This document shows, in pieces, positions 1 through 12,564 of a DNA stretch of 64,000 nt. The stretch is from Takakia lepidozioides (lineage: Eukaryota; Plantae; Bryophyta), in assembly GCA_030704615.1 (NCBI GenBank), contig CM060733.1, forward strand, positions 74,462,001-74,526,000, read 5' to 3'. Each line of letters opens with the position of its first letter. Positions within the stretch are counted from its first letter, which is position 1. The position numbers and the translations under genes were made by a program. The notes beneath the pieces are model-generated. The model searched no databases. It saw only the letters and a list, made by a program, of their open reading frames with translations, and was not told the origin of the DNA.

Positions 1-1049
1 ATGCCAAAAAATGGCATCATGAGCGGTCGCAAGCAAAGTTGTTGTAGTAGCGATTCGATCCTCGGGGAGGATCGTTCCTTGGCCTTGAAGTGGGCCAAGA
101 AGAGTGCACTAGGTGGAGCTTGAGAGGCTCCACCCTGGGCCGGGACTTGGAGGAAGTCGGCCGAACTAGCTAGTGGAGAGTAGAGTCAAGTGAGGGTTTG
201 GTTCCTTGCCATGGGACGCCATGGTACGGAAACAAACTCTTTGATGTGGGACGCCACAACTTGGATGTTAGTTTCCACAAAAAGGGACAAGTCGATGAGG
301 ACATCGACTCCTCATTGGTAGGGGTGTGTGTCGTGGCCCTTTGCCTTGAGGGCGGGGGTCGGGACACAAGAGGGGCTGCCCCTGTGGTGGGGGCAATGGC
401 AGCAAATAGGAAAGGGGGCTGAAGCACCCTTGAGTGCCGAAGGCACTCAAGGAGGCGGTGGCGCTCACTAGTGGAGCCCCACAAACCGGGTGGCGGTGGT
501 GGGGCTCCACGGGGTGGTGGTAGCGTAGGGAGTCATAGTGGGGGTGGCATAGGACTCACCATGAGGCTGAGGCCTTGTGGTGGGAGTCGTGGGGAGTCTT
601 GGGACTCACCACGGTCCGTTGGGGTCGTGGTGGGTGGGCCAAGACTCACCGCGGCTCACCACTAGGACGATCGAGGGTCTGAGTGGTGGTGCACCAGATT
701 TGGACTTGGCTACTTGTGGAACCCCCGCGGACACCTACAGAAGTATATATAGGGAGTAGTAACCCCGAAAACGGTGCAAGCCCGTTGGTGATAAAAAACT
801 AGTGAGTAAGCGTGCGAGCCGGAAAACGACCAAGGTGTGGGGAGCTGTTCCGGACTGCCATCTACCAAAGGGAATTTCCACCGAGCCCGACAGGTCAAGG
901 GTCGAGTGGGAGTGTGAGGGGGACCATTATGCCTTGGTGAGCAGCCGAAGCTCCGAGTTGGCCCGACGGCCGGTTTGGGAGTTAGGCGTGCGCATCAAAG
1001 CGAGTAACTATGATTTGAAGGGGAGTTTATCGAAGTGAGGTGCGCGACA
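1..1049 (+). mobile_element. 3' end of a chromovirus-family (B-type) Ty3/gypsy element: 3' internal region, polypurine tract (PPT) and 3' LTR (329-1049)
   Basis: 1-328 matches B 25209-25537. A purine-rich tract GGTAGGGG precedes the LTR TGTCGTGG...CGCGACA, which is homologous to 19340-20063. The LTR is followed by GAAAG. Confidence 0.85.
329..1049 (+). repeat. LTR (B-family)
   Basis: TG...CA termini with TGTCG/CGACA inverted ends; aligns along its length with the B LTRs. Confidence 0.9.
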
Positions 1050-1450
1050 GAAAGCCGATGATCCTCATGAGCCCGGTGAGGGCGACGCGTCACCGGAGTG
1101 ACAACTGGACGAGGCAATTTATGCTTCTGAAAGCGAGGCCGCTCGAGAGCGGGAGGAATCTGAGGAGCAGGAGCTCGAGGACTTCCCAAAGGCTTCGCCA
1201 GACCAACAGATGCCTCCAATGCCTGCAGCTTTGGGAAGGGCTTTTGGCGCAGTTTGGCGGGACACTGAAGGACATGATGAAAGCGGCCAACGCCACTTCC
1301 ACTAAGGCAAAGTTTAAGGTGAAGCCTAAGGAACCAGGCACCTTCGAGGGCATCCAAAATCAGAAGGCACTCAATACCTAGCTCCTAGAGCTAGAGCAGT
1401 ACTTCCGGGCGGCCAAGTTGAGTGACGAGGATCGGGTGGAAGTGGCACCT
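1050..1450 (+). pseudogene. gag: gag fragment of a B-family host element (inverted segment)
   Basis: WEGLLAQFGGTLKDMMKAANATSTKAKFKVKPKEP matches B gag at ~20330-20450. Confidence 0.8.
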
Positions 1451-1868
1451 TCTGTAGATGTCCACGGGGGTTCCACAAGTAGCCAAGTCCAAATCTGGTG
1501 CACCACCACTTAGACCCTCAATCGTCCTAGTGGTGAGCCGCGGTGAGTCTTGGCCCACCTACCATGGCCCCAATGGACCGTGGTGAGTCCCAAGACTCCC
1601 CACGACTCCCACCACAAGGCCTCAGCCTCATGGTGAGTCATATGCCACCCCCACTACGACTCCCTACACTACCACCACCCCTCGTGCCGCCTCCACCACC
1701 GCCACCCGGTTTGCGGGGCTCCACCTAGTGAGCGCCACCGCCTCCTTGAGTGCCGAAGGCACTCAAGGGTGTTTCAGCCCCCTTTCCTATTTGCTGCCAT
1801 TGCCCCCACCACAGGGGTAGCCCCTCTTGTGTCCCGACCCCCCACCCTCAAGGCAAAGGGCCGCGACA
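1451..1868 (-). repeat. Truncated B-family LTR (5' LTR of the inserted element, cut at the inversion breakpoint)
   Basis: Reverse complement of the first ~420 bp of the LTR, starting TGTCGCGG at 1868; flanked by CTTTC, the reverse complement of GAAAG. Confidence 0.85.
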
Positions 1869-2683
1869 CTTTCGGGCCGTTCCGCTTTCGCTTGGTCTTG
1901 CCCGACACCATGGTAGGGCCGATCTCAAAGGCGATTACGTACTGAAATCTAAGCTCTGATACCAAGTGTCGCGTACTTCACTTTGGTAACTCCTCCTTTA
2001 AGTCATAGTTACTTACTTCGATGCGCACGCCTAACTCCCAAACTGGCCGCCGGGCAAAGTCGGAGCTTCGGCTGCTCACCGGGGCATAACGGTCCCCCTT
2101 TGCTCCTCCACGAGACCCTCGCACACTTTGGGCCTGGTGGAAATTCCCTTTGGTTGTTGGCAGTCCAGAATAGCTCCGCACACCTTGGTCGCTTTCCGGC
2201 TCGCACGCTTACTCACTAGCTTTTGGTCACCAACGGGCTTGCACCGTTCTCGGGGTTATTACTCCCTATATATACTTCTGTAGGTGTCCGTGGGGGTTCC
2301 ACAAACAGCCAAGTCCAAATCTGGTGCACCACCACCTCGACCCTTGATTCCTTGTGATGAGTCGCGGTGAGTTTTGGCCCATCTACCAGGGCCCGTGGTG
2401 AGTCCCAAGACTCCCCACGACTCCCATCATAAGGCCTCAGCCTCATGGTGAGTCTTATGCCACCCCCACTACGACTCCCTAAGCTACCACCACCCCTGGT
2501 GGAGCCCCCCCCACCGTAACCCGGTTTGCGGAGCTCCACCTAGTGAGCGCCTCCGCCTCCTTGAGTGCCTTCAGCACTCAATGGTGCTTCAACCCCCTTT
2601 CCTATTCGCTGCCACTGCCCCCACCACGGGGGCAACCCCTCTTGTGTCCCGACCCCTGGCCCTCAAGGCAAAGGGCCGCGACA
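1869..2683 (-). mobile_element. 5' end of a B-family element: 5' LTR (1967-2683), tRNA-iMet primer-binding site (PBS, 1953-1964) and gag start
   Basis: The LTR TGTCGCGG...CGCGACA on minus is followed by TGGTATCAGAGC and then MVSGKTKRKRNGP. Confidence 0.88.
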
Positions 2684-5600
2684 CAATCACCAGCGCAGCT
2701 ACAACGTGAGCCAAACATGTGAGCTTGTGAACTAGGCTCACGCTTTACCCACAAAGTGTGAACCCAAGCTCATGCTTCCCCACCAGAGCATGAGCCTGGG
2801 CCCACGCTTTGTAAGTGTGAGCGCATAGGTGGTATTGCACAGAAAGAGGACCTATACTTGTCACTGACCCTATGGACTGTGCAACCCGCGTGGGCTGTGT
2901 TGAGCTGTGACAGATTGTGTCAAACTGTGGTGAACTGTGATAGGCTGTGTAACGCTGTGGTGGGCGGTGATATGTTGTGTTAAACTGTGGTGAACTGTGA
3001 TAGGCTGTGTTATACTGTGGTGAGCTGTGTGAACACCCGTGTTCTCTGTTATGGCCATACATATTTGGTTTAACAACACATGCTCCGTTGGTGTTACTGG
3101 TGTAGGCTGTGATGGCATCTGTGTTTCAAGATGCAAATCATGATGCAATGGTTTGTCATGGATACCACTGTATCTTTTCAACTTATTGGCATTGACTCTT
3201 CCAAGCATCTCTTTGTTAATGGTTTGTAACATGGCTGAGTTGATATCATACATCTTTTGTATGACATAAGGTCCTTTCCATGGCGACTTAAGCTTAGAAG
3301 CTTTAATCTTTCCCTTCTTCTGCAACCACAATACCAAATCACCCGTCTTAAAAGTCTTCAGTTTACCTTCATCAAACTGATCCTTCCTCTTCATCTGAAT
3401 TCTGGTCATGTTATCTGCTGCATCCGCACGTACTTCCTCCACATGATATAATTCATGTTTCCTAACTTTAATTGAATCATCCAATTCCATTCTTCTTCCC
3501 CATTCCGTTCTCATAGTAGGTAATAAGAATTCTACTTGAAGTAAAGCTTCCATACCATAAACTAATTGGAATGGTGTATACTTGGTTGTGACTCTATATG
3601 AAGTCTTGTATGACCACAAAGCTGTCGGTAGCTTTGTATCCCAATCCGTTTTGTTTGCATTGACTATCTTAGCCAAGATAGTACATAGTATTTTGTTGGT
3701 GGCCTCTGTCTGCCCATTGCCCTGTGGGTAATAGGTTGTACTCTTCATGTGCATAATCATTAACTCTTTAGTCATTAGTTCTATGGTCTCATTAATGAAG
3801 TGACTTCCCTGGTCACTGATAAATTCCAGGGGACAGCCAAATCTTGTAAGTATGTTCTCATACAGGAACCTTGCTGTGTAGACTTAGCTGTGTTGTCCCT
3901 CAGAGCCTTAGCTTCCACCCACTTTGTAATATAATCAGTGGCTGTGATTATATACTTGTTCTGTGTATTCCTAGCTGGTGGGTTAATTGGTCCAACAAAG
4001 TTTAGTCCTCATTTTTTGAATGGTTCAGTAGGCATCGTAGGAGGCAAAGCCATCTTCTCATATCTTTGCAAAGGTCCTAGCCTCTGACACTCATCACAAC
4101 TCTTGCAATACTTGTGCACATCTTTGAACATAGTAGGCCACCAGTATCCTGCCTACTGGTAGTCTCCTCTCCAAAATGACCTCCAGCCACTCATTTATGA
4201 ACTTCTTCCAAAACTTTATTTACTTCATGGTGGTACAAGCATCGTTTAAGAACTCCATCAGGTCCTAACTTATACATTCTGCCACCTATCATAGTATAGG
4301 GTAAAGCCTTGATAGCTACTCTCTTCTTCTGTTCCTTCCCATAACTGGGTGGGCACTAACCATGAGTAAGGTAGTATCTGATTGGCCACTGCCAATCTAA
4401 CCAATCATTTGCACTTCTTTGCACCTCCATTGCAAATAGACTCGCATCAGGTAGTTGGTCGTCTAATCCCGTGGCAGGCTCTCTTGTTGATAGGCGTGAC
4501 AAGTGATCTGCCACAAGATGCAAACGGCCAGACTTGTAAACAACTTCGAATTCAAACTCGTGCAAGATTATTAACTATCTTGTTATCCTGCCACTTATCA
4601 AAGGCTTGTTCACCAGATAAATCAAAGCCTGATGATCCACATAAAACATAAACTTCCTTCCCAATAGGTAATGCCTGAATTTCTTGACTGCATAAATTAT
4701 TGCCAATGCTTTTCTTTCAATGGTGCTATAGTTCCTTTCAGCACTGTTCAACAACCTGCTAGCATAGTACACAGGTGAATCTATGTTTCATGTGATATTT
4801 TGGGCTAACACAGCTCCCAATGCTTCTCCTGAGGCATCACAGTGTACATGAAATACTACATGCTAGTGAGGGTTAATCAGCACAGGTGTAGTTGTTACTG
4901 ACAATGTAAGTTCCTCAACATTCAGCTGTCCATATAAACATTGCATCCTTTTTCAAAAGCTTGCTCAATGGAGCTGCCATCTGTGTATACCGTTTGACAA
5001 ATCTACTATAATAAGTAGTTTGTCCAAGGAACCTCATTGGACCTTTAACGTTACTTGGTGGTGGTGAGGCTTTAATAGCCTCTGTCTTTCTAGGATCCAC
5101 AAGCAGTCCCTTCTTACACACAATGTGTCCCAGTAGTACCCCTGAGTTCACACAGAAAGTACACTTTTCCGGATTCAGACCAAGACCTCTCATCCTGCAT
5201 CTGGCCAAACATAATTCCAACTTCTGCAAGTGCTCATTCTTAGAGCTGTACACACTAAAGTCATTTAAGTACACATGCATGAAATCATCCAGATACTCGT
5301 GAAAAGATTCACTTATCACCCTCTGGAAAGTTGTTGGTGCATTACAAAGTCCAAAAGACATGACTTTGCATGCATAAGCACCCCAGTCTGTGATGAAAGC
5401 TGTATTTCCCTTGTCTTCTTCCGCCACTTGCACTTGGTTATATCCACTGAAGCCATCCATGAATGAGTACATCTCATGGCCTGCCACAGTGTCCAGTACA
5501 GCTTCTGTAAATGGCAAGGGAAATGGATCTTTCTTTGTACAAGCATTCAGCTTCTTATAGTTCACACAAACTCTCAGTTTACCATTTTCTTGGGAACTAT

Positions 5601-6364
5601 CACAATGGGTAACAACCAAGTTGTATACTCTATCGGGTATATGAACTTAGCCTCAGCCAACTTCTTGATCTCTTCCCCAACCTTTTGTGCATAGTTGGGA
5701 TTCATCCTGTACCTTGCCTGTTTGATTGGCACTGACCCTGGTTCCAGTTCAATCTTATGCTAGCAAATCTCAGGGGGTATCCCTTTCAGATCCTCATAGC
5801 TCCATGCAAATACATCTTTGTATTTGATAAACAGGCTCTTAGCCTCCTCAAAGAATTATGGCTCCAAGTCAGCCCCTATTTTCACCATTCTTGGTTCCTC
5901 CTCAGTTCCCACATTCACTTCTCTTACCTACTCCTCAGCTGTGATTGTCCATCCAGCCACTACTTCATCCTGTAAACTCACAGTGGCTGGTTCTTCCATT
6001 TCTCCCTCTCTTTCCTCATAGAAATGTGGTGGATAACTACTTGTTTCACCCTCAATTGGTGTGGCTGTTAATGCATCACAGCAGATACCTTTAAAACAAC
6101 TCAGACCTCCCAGTTGCATTTCTGCAACCTGCTCCCACTCTAGGTGTGCAGCAAACAGGGTAGCTTCTTGCTCTCATCATCTCCCCTCCAGTCATACTCT
6201 CTAACTCCATGAGGTCTTCTGGTAGCAGGTAGCCTACTAGATTTCTTAGTGGTGACCTGTATCTTGTGCTTCCCATCATGCACAGTCAGTAACTGGGAAT
6301 TCCAGTCATGGAATACCCTGGTATGTTTCAGCCATGGTCGACCCAGCAATAAAGAGTAAGCTTC
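2684..6364 (-). pseudogene. pol: Degenerate pol (protease end, RT, RNase H, integrase) of Ty3/gypsy element D'
   Basis: [50 protein letters not shown] and YYPQGNGQTE motifs; closely homologous to D 33035-36620; contains stops and frameshifts. Confidence 0.92.
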
Positions 6365-6892
6365 TGTCGTGCGCATACGTATCGCTACACAACTACATCA
6401 CCTGTCCAAACCATACCACACATATATGCACAATAAAGTAGTCTGCCACAATGATAAGAAAGCTAAGAACACACTGTTCACACAAGAAACAACATGAATC
6501 CAGCAGCATCACTCTTTAAGATAATAGTCGAACCAGGGGCATCCCAAGCTATGGGGACTCCACCCCACAACAACCTATACTCCCTACATAAGCACACTCA
6601 GATTCTAAAGCGTGAAGGAGCTCGGTCGCGCAGGCTCAACTCAAGAGAGATGAGCTGCGCGACTGACGCTCTCGTGAAGATAAGACGGTTCAGGTGTCAA
6701 ACTAAACTTGACACTTGATTTAACACTTGACCTAAATCCAAGTGTTAAATACAAATAACTAGCTTTATTCTAGTTAGGTTCACACTGTGCTTATTTAACT
6801 TGACAGCTGTTGTGCGCATACGTATCGCTACACAACTACATCGCTGTCCAAACCACACCACACATATATGCACAATAAAGTAGGCTGCCATA
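6365..6892 (-). repeat. 3' LTR of element C, with an ~86 bp direct repeat at both ends
   Basis: It follows the PPT-like tract CTAGGGGGACGAT and ends GCACGACA at the D' junction; 6365-6450 is nearly identical to 6808-6892. Confidence 0.7.
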
Positions 6893-7150
6893 ATCGTCCC
6901 CCTAGCTGGTGGATAGTCCCTCTAACTCCAGATAGCTACAAGATGTAATAGCCACAGCCGTACTAAGTCCTCTATCATTGTCCCTATTGTACTCAAACTC
7001 TATTGACCAAGAGGCCGGGTACAAGAGTAGCCCCATCGTTAGTCGTCGTCTTGCAATCTGTGAACTTGAGCCAGGACCTCGTGTATTCAAGGTCTCCTAT
7101 AGCTGGGCCTTGCATTGCTTGTTAGCCTTCCATGGTTGTATCCACTTCCA

Positions 7151-8240
7151 CTATCCAATGCAATATGGACATAACCAATCCCCATCCGGAACCATCTCAA
7201 GAGGTGGAGTCAAGCATCCCATATGCCAACCTCTAGAGCATCGATCACACACCAGCATGATGGTTGCCCCTCTAGCAGACCCACACAACATGTACCTCAA
7301 ACTTGCAGATACCACTGCCAGGTTTGGGTCAATCCTGCCATCGACATTCGGAAGGTGACATGGTGCACAATTACGCACATGGTCTTTCCAAGTCATGCCA
7401 TCCCGACCCTCCAAGATCAGGACCCCTGAGGGCAACGCCTCTCGAACCCTCAGAATAACACGCCCTGTAGTAACATCCAGAGTCGTAGGGGCAGTCTGCT
7501 GCAAATAAACATAGTCACCAGGGCTAAACCTCCGAACCCCATGACGATATCCTCCACCACGTATAGTGGCATACCTCAACGTATCACGGTGTTATGCAAT
7601 GGCAAGGTTCTCAAAAGCCATGGGCATGACTTTCTTGAATAACTCTGCACACTGATCACATGCACGTACCCACACGTCCGGATCGTCAAGGTTAAGGACT
7701 TGAGCAGTGTCCCTACGAATGGCTGTAGGCAAATCCGGCTCTCGGCCAAAGAGAATGAAATATGGTGAAAATGAGGCAAGTGATGCTTGTTTGCTGAACC
7801 TATAGCCCATGGCTAACCAAAGAACCTGAAGATCCCAATCTCCTAGGTGTCCCTTCTGCAAGCCATACTTGCGCAAACCCCTCTTCACCGTCAAAACAAC
7901 TCTCTCTGCTAAGCCATCGGCCTCAGGATGATCCCGAAAAGTGGTGCGGTGGTCTATCAAAGCTTTATCACACAAAGCCTGAAACTCCCCCAAGAACTCT
8001 ATCCCTTAGTCCGTGAGTACCTCAGCTGGAGCACCAAATCGGCTAAGCACATGATCCAAGAATGCATACGCAGCCCCCTCATTAGCCTTGTCAGGCAATG
8101 GAATCAACTCAATCCACTTGGAGAAGTGCTCCACCATCACCAATACATATCTGTGGTGGCGCATAGTCAGTGGCAACGGTCCTGCGAAGTCAAGACTCCA
8201 CATGTAGCCCAATCCCATGATTGATAAAAGATGCAACTGT
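7151..8240 (-). pseudogene. Integrase catalytic core and C-terminal PHD finger of element C
   Basis: WSLDFAGPLP, VLTD and HPEADGLAER (DDE core); C-terminus MLCGSARGATIMLVCDRCSRGWHMGCLTPPLEMVPDGDWLCPYC is a C4HC3-type PHD pattern. Confidence 0.9.
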
Positions 8241-8419
8241 GGTGTAGGGGGGGGCTGCTATTTCATGAACGGCATGAGCATGAGCGGGAAAAAAAAAAAA
8301 CCATGAGCAGACCATTGTAAGTCCACGGAAATAGGGTTAGGAGGCACGGAAATAGGGTCATGTGAAGTTGGAATGTGGCACCGGTGGACTTGAAATGCAA
8401 CATTTTATTGCATTTACTT

Positions 8420-9780
8420 GCCGAAACTGGGCCCGGAACTGGAAAAATGGAGCTGAATTTCCGATTTTGGTGCCAGTCAGATCTGGGACTTAGCCATTTT
8501 AGGCCCCGAACTAGAAAAATGGCGTTTTTTTTTTTTTTTTTTTTTTTCGGTGCCATTTTTCAGTTCGGGGCTGAAAATGGCTAAGTCCCAGATCTGACTG
8601 GGCCCGGAACTGGAAAAATGGCGCCGAATTTCCGATTTTGGTGCCAGCCACCCTAGGGACTTAGCCATTTTCGAGCCCGAACTGGAAAAATGGCGCCATT
8701 TTTCCAGTTCGGGCCCCAAAATGGCTAAGTCCCAGATCTGATATGGCGGGGAACTGGAAAAATGGTGCCGAATTTCCAGTTGCGGTTCCAGCCATCGTAG
8801 GGACTTAGCCATTTTCGGGGCCCGGAACTGGAAAAATTGCGCCATTTTTCCATTTCGGGGCCGAAAATGGCTAAGTCCCAGATCTGACTCGGCCCCGAAC
8901 TGGAAAAAATGGCGCCGAATTTCCGATTTTGGTGCCAGCCACCCTAGGGACTTAGCCATTTTCGGCCCCGAACTGGAAAAATGGCGCTATTTTTCCAGTT
9001 CGGGGCCGAAAATGGCTAAGTCCCAGATCTGATAGGGCGCAGAACTGGAAAAATGGTGCCAGTTTTTCCAGCCATCGTAGGGACTTAGCCATTTTCGGGG
9101 CCGAAATGGCTAAGTCCCAGATCTGCCTGGGCCCCAAACTGGAAAAATGGCACCGAATTTCCGATTTTGGGTGCCAGACAGATCTGGGACTTAGCCGTTT
9201 TCGGCCCCAAACTGGAAAAAAATCGTATTTTTTATTTTTTATTTTTTTTTCGGCGCCATTTTTCCAGTTCGGGGCCGAAAAAGGCCAAGTCCCAGATCTG
9301 ACTATGCCAGAAATGGAAAAATGGCGCCGAATTTCCGATTTTGGGTGCCAGTCAGATCTGGGACTTAGCCGTTTTCGGCCCCGAACTGGACAAATGGCGT
9401 TTTTTTTTTTTTTTTTTTTTTTTTTTGGGTTTTTTTTTCGGCTTCATTTTTCCATTTCGGGGCCGAAAATGGCTAAGTCCCAGATCTGACTGGCACCAAA
9501 ATCGGAAATTCGGCGCCATTTTTCCAGTCATGCAGGTAATTCGAAGAGCGGATGAATGGAAATCCGGCGCCGGATTTCCATCCGCCAGGTAAGTCGGTGC
9601 ACAAAATTTCCTTCATGCAGGTAATTCGAAGAGCGGATGGATGAAAATCCGGCACCGGATTTCCATCGATCCACTATTCGAATTACCTGCATGACTGGGA
9701 AAATGGCGCCGAATTTCCGATTTTGGGTGCCAGTCAGATCTGGGACTTAGCCGTTTTCGGCCCCGAACTAGAAAAATGGC

Positions 9781-9814
<34 letters not shown>

Positions 9815-12250
9815 CCATTTCGGGGCCGAAAATGGCTAAGTCCCAGATCTGACTGGCACCAAAATCAGAAATTCGGCGCCATTTTTCCAGTCATGCAGGT
9901 AATTCGAAGAGCGGAAATCCGTCGCCGGATTTCCATCCGCCAGGTAAGTCGGCGCGCAAAATTTCCTTCATGCAGGTAATTCGAAGAGCGGATGGATGAA
10001 AATCCGGCGTCGGATTTCCATCGATCCGCTCTTCAAATTACCTGCATGACTAGAAAAATGACGCCGAATTTCCGATTTTGGGTGCCAATCAGATCTGGGA
10101 CTTAGCCGTTTTCGGCCCCGAACTGGAAAAATGGCGTTATTTATTTATTTATTTTTCCCCTCTCTCCGGCGCCATTTTTTCTATTTCGGGGCCGAAAATG
10201 GCTAAGTGCCAGATCTGACTTGCACCAAAATCGGAAATTTGGCGCCATTTTTCCAGTCATGCAGGTAATTCGAAGAGCGGATGGATGGAAATCCGCCAGC
10301 TAGGTCGGCGCGCAAAATTTCCGTCATGCAGGTAATTCGAAGAGCGGATGGATGGAAATCCGGCGCCGGATTTCCATCCGCAAGGTTGGTCGGAGAGCGG
10401 ATGGATGGAGATCCGGCGCTGAATTTCCATCCTGCAGGTAAGTCGAATCCCGGATGGATGGAAATCCGGCGCCGAATTTCCATCCAGCAGGTAAGTCGGA
10501 TCGCTGGCGTATGGATATTCGGCGCCGAATTTCCATTCGCCAGGAATTTCGAAGCGCTGAATTACCTTCCTGCAGGTAATTCTGAGCGTGTCCGATTGAT
10601 TTTTCGGATTTTTCTTGGAATCCTTCACTGCTAGAGGTTAATCGGAACAGCCTCGGACGGAAATTCGGCGCCGTTTTTCCATTCTGGGAGGTTTCTGCGA
10701 CTTCCTTTGAGGGGGCCCCGATGGAAATTCGGCGCCGAAATTTCCATCCGGGGGATGGCCTCTGTCGGAGAGGTGCCCGCCTCTCCGCCGCTCTGTTGGA
10801 TATTCGGTGCCGAATTTCCGTCCGGGGGTTGAAATATGACGGCCAGGTGCTGGCCTCTCCCCCCTCCCCGACTGCATTGGAACGGCCCCGGATGGAAATT
10901 CGGCGCCGTTTTTCCATCTGGGGAGGTTTTTACGACTTCCTTTGAGGGGGCCCCGATGGAAATTCGGCGCCGAATTTCCATCCGGGGGATGGTCTCTGTC
11001 GGAGAGGTATCGGCCTCTCCGCCGCTCTGTTGGATATTCGGTGCCGAATTTCCGTCCGGGGGTTGAAATATGACGGCCAGGTGCCGGCCTCTCCCCCCTC
11101 CCCGACTGCATTGGAACGGCCCCGGATTGAAATTCGGTGCCGTTTTTCCATCTGGGGAGGTTTTTATGTCGACCAGTTTTCGGTCTGACCCCCCGACGAC
11201 TTCCTTTGGGGGGGCCCGGATGGAAATTCGGCGCCGAATCTCAATCCAGGGGATGCTCTCTGTCGAACACGTGCCGGCCTCTACGCCCGAGGCGACTTCA
11301 TCCGGGCGTCCCCTGTTGGATATTCGGTGCCGAATTTCCGTCCGGGGGTTGAAATGTGACGGCCAGGTGCCGGCCTCTCCCCCCTCCCCGACTGCATCCG
11401 AACCGCCCCGGATGGAAATTCGGCGCCGTTTTTCCATCTGGGGATGTTTTTATGCCGGCCAGTTTTCGGCCTGACCCCCGACACGACTTCCTTTGGGGGG
11501 GGCCCGGATGGAAATTCGGCGCCGAATCTCCATCCAGGGGATGTTCTCTGTCGCACACGCGCCGGCCTCTACGCCCGAGGCGACTTCATCCGGGCTTCCC
11601 CTGTTGTATATTCGGTGCCGAATTTCCGTCCGGGGGTTGCAATGTGAGGGCCAGATGGCGGCCTTTCCCCCGAGCCGACTGCATCCGAAAGGCCTCGGAT
11701 GGAAATTCGGCGCCGTTTTTCCATCTGGCGATGTTTTTATGCCGGCCAGTTTTCGGCCTGACCCCTCGACACGACTTCCTTTGGGGGGGCCCGGATGGAA
11801 ATTCGGCGCCGAATCTCCATCCAAGGGATATTCACTGTCGCACACGCGCGCGGCCTCTGCGCCGAGGCGACTTCATCCGGGCTTCCCCTGTTGTATATTC
11901 GGTGCCGAATTTCCGTCCGGGGGTTGTAATGTGAGGGCCAGATGGCGGCCTTTCCCCCAGCCGACGGCATCCGAAAGGCCTCGGATGGAAATTCGGCGCC
12001 GTTTTTCCATCCGCGGAGGTTTTTATGTCGGCCAGTTTTTGGCCTGACCCCCGACAGGACTTCCTTTGGGTGGATCCGAATGGAAATTCGGCGCTGAATT
12101 TCCATCCGGGGGATGTTTTCTGTCGGACAGGTGCCGGCATCTCTGCCCCAGACGACTTCATCCGTGCGGCCCCTGTTGGATATTGGGTGCCGAATTTCCA
12201 TTCGGGGGTAGTAATGTGACGGCACGGTGCCGGCTTCTCCCGTTCAGCCG
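8420..12250. repeat. Composite palindromic tandem array inside M1a
   Basis: Recurrent GAAATTCGGCGCCGAATTTC, AAAATGGCGCCATTTT and GCTAAGTCCCAGATCTG motifs, poly-T tracts, and 235/287 bp periods in the right-hand zone. Confidence 0.92.
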
Positions 12251-12564
12251 ACATCATCCGGACGGCCCCCCTTCTGACTGCTTACCGTTGGCAGTTATTG
12301 CGCAAAGATCAGGGGCCGCATTCCGGAGACAAGGTTCATTAACACTCTGACTGTGGATTTTTGAGATAGTTGGCTCCCTGGATTTGGATCAGGCTTCGTC
12401 GCTCGGACAAATCGGCACCGCATTCCTTCCCATCGCTGCATCCCCCTTCTACCAGGGAGCTTCCCCGCACGCCATCCTGGCAGTCTTGTGTGCACATCTC
12501 CCATGGTGGAAAACCCAAGCGCTACAGTGTACTGCCCTCCTCACGAGCATAGAGCTTCATTTCC

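Noticed and set aside
8263-12350. Numerous overlapping ORFs (MEIRRRISI..., MAKSQI...), also at 45500-49200
   Set aside because: These are translations of GC-rich palindromic tandem repeats, open on both strands, with no domain signal.
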